Assembly: GCA_963823665.1 (NCBI GenBank)
Contig: CAWGMQ010000008.1
Location: 2,016,001-2,080,000, forward strand
DNA length: 64,000 bases
Reading direction: 5' to 3'
Origin: an uncultured Planctomycetota bacterium
Lineage (GTDB): Bacteria > Planctomycetota > Planctomycetia > Isosphaerales > Isosphaeraceae
The first letter of the stretch is position 1; every line of letters begins with the position of its first letter. The position numbers were made by a program, and so were the translations under genes. Below are positions 9,554 to 19,718 of this stretch, one piece after another. The notes below the pieces were generated by a model. It saw only the letters and a list, made by a program, of their open reading frames with translations. It was not told the DNA's origin and made no database searches.

Positions 9554-11498
9554 TTCAATTTTGGATCTTGACGTGCCCGATAGAACTATGCCGCGTTCAA
9601 TTCTTTACACAAGCTCTTTTAAAGAGTGCGTTTATGTGGACTATCGCTTGCAATCTATGGGAGGCCCGTTTATACTTATTCGATCGCTGCGAAAGGAGTT
9701 GCGCCTAATCTGATTCACACCGTCGACCCCCGACAATAGCGGCTCTTTGACCCCTTCGAGGGCGTCTTCCCTCCCGTTGGGCGGCAGTTGATTACGGAAG
9801 GCTGGCAGGGCGTCTTCGGACATGTCCTGCTCGAATTGATGCCCGTCGGTGAACTGGGCCAGCATTTCAACCCGGACTTCGGCGCCCCGACTAAGGAACT
9901 CTACTCAATGGCCGGGCTGGTGCTTCTGACTGACTTCAACGACTGAACCGCTCAGCAGGCGGTCGAGGCTTACATCTTTCGGTCTGACGTCCAGTACGCG
10001 TTGAACCTTGAGCCTGGCGTTTCGGTGTCGGCCCGAACCGTAGAGCGCTATCAAAAAATGTTTCGCGAAGACGAACTGGCTGCCAAGGTCTTTGAAGATG
10101 TGACTGGCCGGCTGACCGACGCGCTCGAAATCAACGTAACACAACAGCGGCTCGGCTCCACTCACGTCTTCAGCCATATGGCCACATTCGGTCGCACCAA
10201 GCTGATGGCGGTGGCGATCAAGCGATTTCTCGCGCAAGTGAAACGACACCCCCCCCGAGCAGTACACCGCCCTGCCTGTGGAATTCCGCCTCCGTTACGA
10301 GCGTTCCGAATCGCAGCTATTCGCTGGTGCCAAGGACAACGAAGCACGACTGCGGTCGCGGCAACAGGCTGCCGAGGATCTGCTTTTCATCTTCGAGCGA
10401 TTCGCCGACTGCGCCGAACTGAATAACCGCTCGACCTATAAGATGCTCCGCACTATCTTCGATCAACCATGCCGGGTAGTTGACGGCAAGGTGACGGTTC
10501 AACAGAAGCCCGATACCAACAGAATTCAGAACCCTTCCGACCCCGACGCGAATTACGACGGTCACAAGGGGGCAGGCTACCAAGTGCAGATCGCCGAGAC
10601 CTGCGGCTCGGCCAACGAGGTTCAGTTGATTACGGCCGTATTGCCACAAACGGCCTGTGAAACGGACGAGGCGGGGGTTGGTCCGATGCTCGATCAACTC
10701 GATCGGTCTGGGCGCCTGCCGGAAGAGCTGTCTGCCGACGGAATGTACGGCACTGACGAAAACGTTCAAGCGGCTGAAAAGCGGGGTATGGAGCTCGTGG
10801 CACCAATTCGCGGCCGAACGCCGGAGATCGACCTCTCGGACCTGTCAATCGATGATTTTGCCTTGGACCAGCGGACCGGAGAAATAACCGCCTGTCCAAC
10901 GGGACACAAGCCACTGGCGGTCGAGCATGACGACGCGACGGAGACGACTCGGGTCGTGATGGCGGCGGAGAATTGTGAGGGATGCCCGTTCTTCAACGCC
11001 TGTCCGATCCACAAGAGTTGGAGTGGTCATTATGCGGTGAGTTTCAACGCCAAGGATCAGCGCTTGGCCGGAAGGCGTCGCGAAATTGAAACCGACGTGT
11101 TTGGGGCGCGATATGCTCGACGCGCGGGCATTGAGTCGATCAACAGCGGCTTGAAGAATTGGCTCGGCTTGGGCCGTCTGCGCGTACGAGGACGGGGAAG
11201 CGTGTTTCGTGTGATCTTACATAAACTGACTGGATGGAACGTGCTGCGAGCGGCGGCCTCGAAGAAGATGCGCGCGTGGATAAGTGTTCAAGCGCCTCAG
11301 ACCCTGCAAGCGGGACAATCTGCGTTGAATGCGCGCCTTCACATAGCCTGGTTGTGGCCAACAGACACGTTCACGACGGCTATCATGGGTTTCCGCGACC
11401 ATTCTCATCGTTTTTCAGGCGCAAACGCGGCCTGAGCGCCGCGCGGCGACCTCGCCAACGTCAAGTTCTGTCGGGGACATCAAAATCCAAAATTGCAA
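9554..11498 (+). mobile_element. IS element (IS1182/IS5-like DDE transposase, inactivated) with 9-bp target duplication GATGGTTGA
   Basis: Imperfect terminal IRs of about 34 bp (TTCAATTTTGGATCTTGACGTGCCCGATAGAACT / rc TTGCAATTTTGGATTTTGATGTCCCCGACAGAACT); TSD at 9545-9553 and 11499-11507; transposase pieces 10001..11435 with upstream in-frame stops. Confidence 0.85.
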
Positions 11499-11499
11499 G

Positions 11500-12267
11500 A
11501 TGGTTGACCGCGCCTTATCGACTCGCCAGAATGCCGACATGCTCGACGGCGGCCACGCCGCCGAGGCGCGGATCCTCCGCGACCGGATCACGGCGCACGA
11601 AAACGCCCTCGACCTGCTCGGCGCCCAAGACCTCTCCGGCACGCCGAGGCTGCTCGTCCAGGTTTACAACGGCGGATCGATGCCGAACGTCGTCCCGCGA
11701 GTGTACTTCACGCACCCCGTTTTAGCCTACGGCACCGAGACCGAAGGGGGCACGTACACGCTCTCGGCCGACGCGGCGACGACCGTGCCGGTGATCGTCC
11801 TGAACAAGGTCCCGTCGGTCGGCGACTACCTGACCGCGTATTCCGTCGGCGGCCGATGGGTATCGGAAGAAACGAACGGCGGAAGTAGCGGTATCCCGTG
11901 CTCGCCGTGCAGTCTGCCGGCAACCAACCTTACGCTTTCGTGGACGAACCCGCTGCTCGGCAACGGATCGGCCACGATGACGTATTCGGCGAGCCCGCAG
12001 GAATGGACGACGGGATGCTGCGATGGCGGCCTCTATTTCCGGCTCTTTTGCACGGGCGGCAACATCGAGCTTCGAGCGTATTTCTTCACCAGCGGATCAT
12101 GCCCGACGGGGACGACGTCTTACTGCTCGAACCTCGGGAGCGCGCCACTCGAGCTGGTCCTGAGCAGCCATACGTGCTCGCCACTTTCGCTGACGTTCAC
12201 CGTCAACGGCACCGACTGCCCGACGCTATTCAGCGATGGGAACACGCAGTTCACGGTGACTTTCTGA
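11500..12267 (+). CDS. Spike/receptor-binding-like protein with Cys-rich C-terminal domain
   Basis: 255 aa; shares 'YGTETEG...SVGGRWV' with the 9228 gene; 9 Cys after a GGSSG linker. Confidence 0.6.
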   Translation: MVDRALSTRQNADMLDGGHAAEARILRDRITAHENALDLLGAQDLSGTPRLLVQVYNGGSMPNVVPRVYFTHPVLAYGTETEGGTYTLSADAATTVPVIVLNKVPSVGDYLTAYSVGGRWVSEETNGGSSGIPCSPCSLPATNLTLSWTNPLLGNGSATMTYSASPQEWTTGCCDGGLYFRLFCTGGNIELRAYFFTSGSCPTGTTSYCSNLGSAPLELVLSSHTCSPLSLTFTVNGTDCPTLFSDGNTQFTVTF

Positions 12268-12925
12268 CTTTGCAAAAGTGCCAAGAAAGAGGTTTTGTCT
12301 TGGGTCACCTTGAGTTGTGATTAGGACCGGTGGGTGTAGTAGAGAAAGCGGTGTGACATGTTTTCGACAGGCAATTCTCGGCGGCTCTCCGAAAAGCAGA
12401 CCAGCGGAGATTGGAGTCCATCGATAGTATGAACCACGGAGATGTATCGACGAAAATGAAGTGCCATCGATAGTGATGATAGCAAACGCTTGCGGGCGTC
12501 CAAAAGCGCACTGTGCCGGTAGCGCCGACCTTGGCGCGGCGCGTGCTGTCGAATCGGGAGTATCGTAAGCGGGTGTACGGGAAGTAGGGTTTTTTCGACC
12601 ATGCTGTTTCAGTCGTGCGTCTCCGACAGTCGCGCCGCCAGACGTTCTTTGATCACCAGTTCATCTTCTCTTTTCGCGGTGAGCCGGAAGCTTCCTGCAA
12701 GATTTAGCGCCTCGTACATCGGGAGACGGTGGATTGCGGCGATCGGTGCAGCACATTCTTTGGGCCCGACAATCCGCCTGAGAAGGCTGAAAGTTTTTTC
12801 CCGAATGGATGGAGATGGATGGCTTCTGGTCCACGGCGTGACTGTGCAGCGAGCAGGCCCGCGGCGTTGTTGCCCTCGCCGTAGTAAGCTATTAAGAGCG
12901 CATGGATATGTATGAAATAAATATA

Positions 12926-12963
12926 CTTATTAATAAGATATACTAAAAGAACGTCATGTGCAA
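12926..12963 (-). promoter_or_regulatory. Candidate sigma-70 promoter (TTGCAC-17-TATCTT) overlapped by the palindrome CTTATTAATAAG
   Basis: AT-rich patch; 17-bp spacing on the - strand; perfect 12-bp palindrome at 12926-12937. Confidence 0.35.
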
Positions 12964-13244
12964 GATAGAGGAGAGCGTCATATTATGAGCTGACGCAACG
13001 GGCGGCGCGATAGTGAGAGTGGTGGCGACCACTATTGTTGCACGCGACTCGTGCTTGTAGCCCGCGGCTTCCTTGTTGGCAGTTGTCGGGTCAGCGTTCG
13101 GAACTTCCAGTCTTCATGCGTCTGGTAGGCTGCAGAGCGGACCAACTCATCCCTTGGCAGGAGACCACCAGATCGCGGCGACCTGCGCGATAACCTAAAC
13201 CGACGAACCGGCCTCCAGTCTGCATTATGCGGTGACAGCGGGCG

Positions 13245-13610
13245 TGTTTTGAATCAGTTGGAAATGGAATGACCACGGTTTCGAGTTAGCTTATAACTCG
13301 AATGGGAGGTCTTCCATGAGCAAGCCACGTAAGCACTACGATGCGGTCGAGAAAGTTGCCATCCTGCGACGCCATCTCATGGAGCGTATCCCCGTCTCTG
13401 ATCTTTGCGATCAGTACGACATCCAGCCATCGATGTTCTACAACTGGCAGAAACAGTTGTTCGAGAACGGGGCCGCAGCCTTTGGGCAGACTCGCTCGGC
13501 ACCGGAGAAGCACCAGGAGCGCAGAATCGCTGCTCTTCAGGATAAACTGCAGCGCAAGAACGAGGTCGTGTCCGAGCTGCTGGAAGAGCACGTCAAACTA
13601 AAAAAAGTTC
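13245..13610 (+). mobile_element. IS3-family element, truncated (left IR plus orfA), cut by ISL3
   Basis: Starts TGTTTTGAATCAGTTGGAAATGG; orfA from 13316 is near-identical to the copies at 22918 and 50042; similarity stops just after A-AAA-AAG. Confidence 0.9.
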
Positions 13611-15165
13611 GGGTCTTCGGCAGAATTTGTGGGTTGAAAAACGATGCAGCAGCTCGGCTCGGGCTCGACAGGAGGGTTCTCCCTCCCACCTTCACATTCG
13701 GTCCGCCCTGCTAGGTTGAGGGCGAAGCGAAGGTGAAGGCGGGAGGGGTAGGCGAAGTTCACATTTGATGGTTCAGTTTTAAATAGCTCTTCGCGGACTC
13801 GTTCTTGAGAAAGGTTTTTTTGAAGAAGGTAGGGTAGTGCATCGTGCGCGGCCGTCGGTTAGGGAAGGGTTACCAAGACCATCCCAATCGAGAGGCCCCA
13901 CACGATGCTCCTCAAGACTACCCTCAATCGCATTGCACCGCAAAAGTCCTTCGTGTACGGCAAGGTAAGTTTGGTCTCGAAAGGAAAGCAACTTGCCTTG
14001 GAGGTAGAAATTGAAGCCCGCCGCAACAGCCGAGCTGTTTGCTCCGGGTGCCACCGTAAGCGAGCCGGGTATGATCAACTACCTGTACGAAGGTTCGAGT
14101 TCGTGCCGCTCTGGCAGATCGCTGTGTTCTTTGTCTACGCAATGAGGCGCGTTGACTGCCCGAAGTGCGGTGTGATCGTCGAAGAGGTCCCGTGGAGTGA
14201 CGGCAAGAGCCCGGTGACTACGGCCTACCGATGGTTTCTAGCCGGTTGGGCCAAGCGGCTCTCGTGGCTGGAAGTCGCCTTGATATTCCATACTACCTGG
14301 GAAACTGTGTACCGCTCGGTCGAGTATGCAGTCGCATGGGGCTTGGCGAGACGGACGATGACCGGAATCAAGGCCATCGCTGTAGACGAAGTGCAGTGGC
14401 AAAGGGGCCATCATTACCTGACGCTGGTTTACCAGATTGACGCTGGGTTCAGGCGGTTGCTCTGGATTGGGTTGGACCGGACGGAGGAAAGCCTGCGTGG
14501 CTTTTTCCAAACCATAACCGACGAGACCAAGAACTCGATCCGCTATCTATGCAGCGATATGTGGAAACCGTACCTCAACGTGCTGGCCCAAGAGGTTTCT
14601 GGCGCGATCCACGTGCTCGACCGCTTTCACATCATGCAAGCGATGAATAAGGCGATCGACGAAGTACGTGCCGAGGAAGCGCGCCGGCTGAAGCGAGATG
14701 GCTACGAGCCAGTCCTGAAACGGGCGCGATGGTGCCTGCTGAAGCGGCCGGAGAACCTAACAAAGAAGCAGACCGTGAGATTGGCCGAACTGGTGCAGTA
14801 CAACCTAAAGTCCGTGAGAAGCTATCTTTTGCGGGAGGATTTTCAGCGTTTCTGGACTTACCAATATCACGGCTGGGCGAGTCGATTTCTGCACGAGTGG
14901 TGCACCAGGACGATGCGATCAAAGATCGAGCCAATGAAGAAAGTGGCTCGAAGGCTTCGCAGCCATGAAGAATTGATCCTGAATTGGTTCAAGGCCCGTG
15001 GGACGATTTCCGCAGGCATTGCAGAGGGCCTGAACAACAAGGTGAAATTGACGACGAGAAAGGCGTACGGTTTTCGGACGTTCGATGCAGTGAAAAACGC
15101 CTTGTATCACAGCCTTGGCGCCCTGCCTGAGCCAGAATTTACCCACAGATTCTGCTGAGGAGGCC
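13611..15165 (+). mobile_element. ISL3-family element
   Basis: IRs GGGTCTTCGGCAGAATTTGTGGGT / rc GGCCTCCTCAGCAGAATCTGTGGGT; no matching TSD. Confidence 0.85.
13905..15158 (+). CDS. ISL3-family transposase
   Basis: CxxC..CxxC zinc finger, 'AVDEV', 'SDMWKPY', 'DRFHI', 'EGLNNKVK...YGFR'. Confidence 0.95.
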   Translation: MLLKTTLNRIAPQKSFVYGKVSLVSKGKQLALEVEIEARRNSRAVCSGCHRKRAGYDQLPVRRFEFVPLWQIAVFFVYAMRRVDCPKCGVIVEEVPWSDGKSPVTTAYRWFLAGWAKRLSWLEVALIFHTTWETVYRSVEYAVAWGLARRTMTGIKAIAVDEVQWQRGHHYLTLVYQIDAGFRRLLWIGLDRTEESLRGFFQTITDETKNSIRYLCSDMWKPYLNVLAQEVSGAIHVLDRFHIMQAMNKAIDEVRAEEARRLKRDGYEPVLKRARWCLLKRPENLTKKQTVRLAELVQYNLKSVRSYLLREDFQRFWTYQYHGWASRFLHEWCTRTMRSKIEPMKKVARRLRSHEELILNWFKARGTISAGIAEGLNNKVKLTTRKAYGFRTFDAVKNALYHSLGALPEPEFTHRFC

Positions 15166-15929
15166 AAATTTCAAGATGTCGGCCATGGCTGTGGATCTAA
15201 TCCAGTCGGGCATGGCGTACTCGGCCGCGGGATGGATGAGTCGATTGAGCGTCATCATGCACGTAACCTTGATTATCCAGGCCGAGAACCCGAGCGATTT
15301 CAAGATCTCGTCGAGCCCCAATCGCTTCCAGAATTCATAACCGACATGAATATGCCCAGCCGGCCGGGGATCCTCGAACGTCAGTCGATTGAAGTGCACC
15401 GACACGAGGTCATCCGGCGAAACCGTGGTAACCTCGGACGTGGAACTGGCCCCGCTGGGCGTGGTCGTTGCGGGGAGGCTCTTTACGAGCCGATCCAATT
15501 CTGGGTCCTCGTCCGCCATGCCCGGCAAGGACATCTGGCCGGTGAGCGCATCTTGGAGCTTTCGAGCCAGGGCCAGCCATTCTTCGGGTGGCTTTGGCGA
15601 GAGGTCGCCGAGGGAACACACGACCTTCTGACGAGGTCCTTTCTCTGTGAGGACCGACTCGACCAGAAGATAATTGACGTATGTTCGATCTTTATATCGA
15701 CGGACGGTTTTTCGAACGTACATGGTCACTAGAGATGACAATTCGAGCGTGCAAATACAAGACTGATCGAAACGGATTTAGTCACTATTTCTGACGGTGG
15801 CGTTTAAAGTGGACTGAAGCCAGTCGCCCATGCTCGCCAATCCGCGCAGATTTAACTGAAAATATCAATATACATATACTGCGACGAATGCGCAAAGCTA
15901 TCTCCTAATTCCTTCCTGCGAAAGTCGGG
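15166..15929 (-). mobile_element. IS1634-family element, truncated (left end plus N-terminal part of the transposase)
   Basis: 'YLLVESVLTEKGPRQKVVCSLG', 'LNRLIHPAAEYAMPDW'; end sequence CCCGACTTTCGCAGG; cut off at the ISL3 right end. Confidence 0.75.
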
Positions 15930-16237
15930 CTAACGTGCCCCGCGCCACCGCGCAGCGGTGGTCAAAAGATCCCGAGGTCCGAAAGATGGCCGAGGAACTT
16001 CGGCGCCGCGCGCTCGATCGAGCGGTCGGCAAGGTTGCCATGCGTTCGACCTGGGTGATGGATCGGATCACCCGGATCGCGACGGAAGGCGACTCGGACG
16101 AGGTGTGCCTGAAGGCGCTCCGCGGCCTGCTCGCGGAGATGATCACCGTTTCCAAATACAGCGGGCTCGAAACCCGCCTGGCCGGAGTCGAGGAGACGCT
16201 TGATGCGCGGCGTGGACACGCGGGTCGAGCGGTGTAA
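15930..16237 (+). pseudogene. Terminase small subunit-like protein, 5' end truncated by IS1634
   Basis: HTH tail 'NVPRATAQRW' then helices and 'LETRLAGVEE'; overlaps the terL fragment. Confidence 0.5.
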
Positions 16238-16473
16238 GGCCCTGTCGGGGCCGACGACATGCGCCGATGTCGCCGACCGCTCGCCGTGGCGCTGGTACGC
16301 GCACGACTGCCCCTGTGGGTTTCCACCCGGGAATGCCGCGAGCATCCTCGGGCGAGAAACCCAGCGACCGCCGCCGGGTGACTGGCGGGTTTGGGGCTAC
16401 GTGGCCGGACCGCGGGGCAGGCAAGACGCGAGCTGGGGCCGCGTGGATCCAGCAACGGGTCGAGGACGGCGTC
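16200..16473 (+). pseudogene. Terminase large subunit, N-terminal fragment
   Basis: Across frameshifts reads 'QRPPPGDWRVWGYVAG-RGAGKTRAGAAWI' (Q motif plus Walker A); ends abruptly. Confidence 0.8.
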
Positions 16474-16734
16474 AGACGTCCAAACCAGCACAGCAGCGAT
16501 AAATGATGTCCATCGGCTGCTCAATTGCGACCAGTCCGCGCCGGCGGGTCGACCTCGCGCGTAGAGCAATTTACTCTTCGTGCTCCCTCGGGACCGAGGG
16601 GCAACAAGGTGGGGTTCGACATTGATGTCAGGCACAAAGCCCGCTGAATCGCTGCCGTGAATTGATGCGAAGAGTAGTCCGGTCGTTCGCCGTTACTGAC
16701 ACCAATCAAGCTGAGCAGTGCACACTAAACAAAC

Positions 16735-18747
16735 TCACCGAGGCGCAGGCTGGTTCTTTGCAAGATCGGATACGTCGCTCCGGAAAGGGGCGGAACCGTC
16801 AGTCGATACTGCCGCGTGTGCTGTTCCGTTCCTCCGTGTTTTTTCCGAGGACCAGCCTCTCGCCACGGCCAGCGCCGATGCGGCTCTTATAATTCCGTCA
16901 ACGTCGAGACTGACTTCTGCAAGTTGCTCCTCGCGCTCGGCGTGGAGGACAAAGCGGTCGGGTAATCCGAGTCGTCGAACGTGAGCGGTCGAAAGACCAG
17001 TCTCGTTCGCTAATTCGAGTACGGCCGAACCGAAGCCCCCCATTAGCGAGGCCTCTTCGATTGTTAGCACGAAACCGCATTCCTCGATCGCTTTGCAGAT
17101 CGTCTGACGATCCAATGGCTTGACGAATCGAGCATTAACCACTCCAACTCTCATTCCGTACTCGTTTCGTAATGACTCAGCCGCCTGGAGGCAACTGCCA
17201 ACCATCGCTCCGCAGGCTAGGAGCATCCCATCGGTTTCCCATTCGAGAATCTCAGCCTGTCCGAGTTCAAATTGTTGAACCTCTCGATCGATCCTGTAAA
17301 TGTTGGCTCGGGGATATCGAATCGCAACCGGAGAGGTGTGTTTTAAAGCAAATGCGAACATAGGCGCGATATCATCCTCGTCGCCTGGCGCGATTACCAC
17401 CATGTTTGGAAATACTCGCAAGTACGAAAGATCATAGATGCCGTGATGTGTCGGGCCATCCGGTCCGACAAGGCCAGCGCGATCGAGACAGAATACAACC
17501 GGCAGATTTTGGAGGGCAACTTCTTGGAAGATCTGGTCATACGATCGTTGCAGAAAGGTACTATAAATATCAACAACCGGTCGGGCACCGGCCTTTGCCA
17601 TGCCTGCTGCAAATGCGACAGCGTGGCTTTCACAAATACCAACATCAAAAAACTGATTAGGAAAAGTGTCTCGAATCTTTTGCAGCTTGTTCCCTTCACA
17701 CATCGCAGCTGTTATCACAGCTACTTTCTGATCACGACGGCAGGACTCAAACAGAGCTTCGCTCACGGCGTCCGTATATGTGCGGTTCGACGAGGGTTTG
17801 ATCGAAACGACGCTGTTGCCGAGTTTCTCAAATGGTGCGGGTGCGTGGAATCTAACTGGATCTTTCACGGCTGGTTCGAATCCGTGTCCCTTGTTTGTCA
17901 ACACATGCAACAAGACCGGCCCATCTAACGTCTTAACCTGCTCAAGGTAGCTGCGCAGCGTCTTCAGATCATGGCCATCGATAGGCCCAAGGTAAACGAA
18001 TCCCAGCTCCTCGAACAATACTCCGTGGCGCAGCGACGCCTTTATTGCATCCTTGAACTGCTGAAGCCAGCGATCAGCGTGCTCGCCGACTACCGGGATG
18101 CTTGCCAGAACTGACTTAAGCCGCTTCTTCCAATCATGGTAGGTCGTCGACATGCGCGTACGATCGAGGTAGTTAGCCAAACCTCCGACTCGTGGGCAGA
18201 TCGACATTTTATTATCATTTAGAATTACCAATAGTTTCGTCCCCAGGCCACTCGCATTGTTAAACGCTTCGAACACAATTCCAGAAGGCAAAGCACCATC
18301 GCCGACAACAGCAACTGCGTGTCGATCATAGGCACCTACGAGTTCGTCGCCAACCTTGAGACCAAGTACGGTGGAAGGCGCACAACCCGCGTGTCCAGTC
18401 ATGAATAGATCGAACGGGCTCTCCGATGGGTCGGGATAACCCATCAGCCCTCCTCGGGTACGAATCGTATGCAGGCGTTCAGCACGCCCTGTGATGAGCT
18501 TTTGCGGATAAATCTGGTGACCCGTGTCCCAGATCAAACGGTCGTGGGTGAAGTCAAATGTGAGATGAAGTGCCAGACAGAGTTCGACAACACCGAGGTT
18601 GCTTGCGAAATGCGCGGAGCGGCGCCCAAGTACGCCAACGAGTTCGCTGCGCATCTCAGACGCAAGCTGATTAAGTTCGGCTTCGCTCAATCGCCTGAGA
18701 TCAGTGGGTGAGTGGATTCTATGAAGCACCGATTCCACGTGGCTCAT
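16735..18747 (-). CDS. dxs: 1-deoxy-D-xylulose-5-phosphate synthase
   Basis: 'HFASNLGVVEL', 'GDGAL...LNDN' TPP motif, 'GPIDGHD', 'DRAGLVGPDGPTHHG'. Confidence 0.97.
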   Translation of the reverse strand: MSHVESVLHRIHSPTDLRRLSEAELNQLASEMRSELVGVLGRRSAHFASNLGVVELCLALHLTFDFTHDRLIWDTGHQIYPQKLITGRAERLHTIRTRGGLMGYPDPSESPFDLFMTGHAGCAPSTVLGLKVGDELVGAYDRHAVAVVGDGALPSGIVFEAFNNASGLGTKLLVILNDNKMSICPRVGGLANYLDRTRMSTTYHDWKKRLKSVLASIPVVGEHADRWLQQFKDAIKASLRHGVLFEELGFVYLGPIDGHDLKTLRSYLEQVKTLDGPVLLHVLTNKGHGFEPAVKDPVRFHAPAPFEKLGNSVVSIKPSSNRTYTDAVSEALFESCRRDQKVAVITAAMCEGNKLQKIRDTFPNQFFDVGICESHAVAFAAGMAKAGARPVVDIYSTFLQRSYDQIFQEVALQNLPVVFCLDRAGLVGPDGPTHHGIYDLSYLRVFPNMVVIAPGDEDDIAPMFAFALKHTSPVAIRYPRANIYRIDREVQQFELGQAEILEWETDGMLLACGAMVGSCLQAAESLRNEYGMRVGVVNARFVKPLDRQTICKAIEECGFVLTIEEASLMGGFGSAVLELANETGLSTAHVRRLGLPDRFVLHAEREEQLAEVSLDVDGIIRAASALAVARGWSSEKTRRNGTAHAAVSTDGSAPFRSDVSDLAKNQPAPR

Positions 18748-19718
18748 CAACGATCCCTTTCCACGAGAGCTAACGCCAAGTGTCTCAAATTGTCACCGAG
18801 TTCGCCAAGCGACTCAATCGCTGAACTCGCTTCCTCGGCTAACTCCCGAGCCCGCCGGCGGCTAGCGTCGATACCCAAAAACTCTGGGTACGTCCACTTG
18901 CCTAACTCAGTATCCTTGCCGACCCGTTTTCCCAGTTTGGACTCCTCGCCCTGTACGTCAAGAAGATCATCGACGATCTGAAAAGCCAATCCGATTGCGT
19001 TTCCGTATTGGTCAAGTGCATTCAGCCACTGTTCGGAAGCACCGACGATGACAGCTCCCATCTGCAGTGGAGCACGAAGCAGCGCCCCGGTCTTTCGGCG
19101 GTGGATGGCCTCTAACATGTGCAGTGTGCCAGTCGTTATTGCCGAGATGTTTTGATTGGATCCACTGTTTTCTTGCGCATTGCACGCAGCCGCCTGAAGG
19201 TCTGCCATTTGACCGCCTACCATCCCGTTAGCCCCCGATGCCTCAGCGAGAATCGTCAAGCACCGTAACGCAATCATTTCGGGTCTAATTTCACGAGCTA
19301 GCACTTCAAATGCGAGTGTGAGGAGACTATCTCCTGCTAGGATGGCCGTAGCTTCGTCGAATGCTCTGTGACAAGTCAAACGCCCACGACGTAGGTCGTC
19401 ATTGTCCATCGCCGGCAGGTCGTCGTGTATCAGTGAGTAAGTATGAACCATTTCTAACGCACAGGCAGCCGGAATCGCTGCTTCGCTGTCGCCGCCACAT
19501 GCATCAGCAGCCATGAGACAGAGGATACCGCGAAGCCGTTTCCCTCCGTTTAGTACACTGTATCGCATCGCCGAAGCTAGCCGCGCTGGACATGCAGTGT
19601 CGGGATCGTTGGTGACTTCCGGTAGATACGCCTTCAAAGCTATCTCGATACTACGACGTGTTTGCTCGACATAAACACATAGCGGTGATCCTTCGATCAA
19701 TGTGGTGGCCGAATTCAT
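18747..19718 (-). CDS. ispA: Polyprenyl (farnesyl) diphosphate synthase
   Basis: 'GGKRLR', 'SLIHDDLPAMDNDDLRRG', 'FQIVDDLLD'; TGATG coupling with dxs. Confidence 0.93.
   Translation of the reverse strand: MNSATTLIEGSPLCVYVEQTRRSIEIALKAYLPEVTNDPDTACPARLASAMRYSVLNGGKRLRGILCLMAADACGGDSEAAIPAACALEMVHTYSLIHDDLPAMDNDDLRRGRLTCHRAFDEATAILAGDSLLTLAFEVLAREIRPEMIALRCLTILAEASGANGMVGGQMADLQAAACNAQENSGSNQNISAITTGTLHMLEAIHRRKTGALLRAPLQMGAVIVGASEQWLNALDQYGNAIGLAFQIVDDLLDVQGEESKLGKRVGKDTELGKWTYPEFLGIDASRRRARELAEEASSAIESLGELGDNLRHLALALVERDR

Noticed and set aside
12321..12915. ORFs 12321..12602 (-) and 12601..12915 (+)
   Set aside because: No motifs and atypical composition; cannot be supported as genes
15898..16635. 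245-aa - strand ORF as a real gene
   Set aside because: Only the first ~55 codons look genuine; the rest is antisense to the terminase relic
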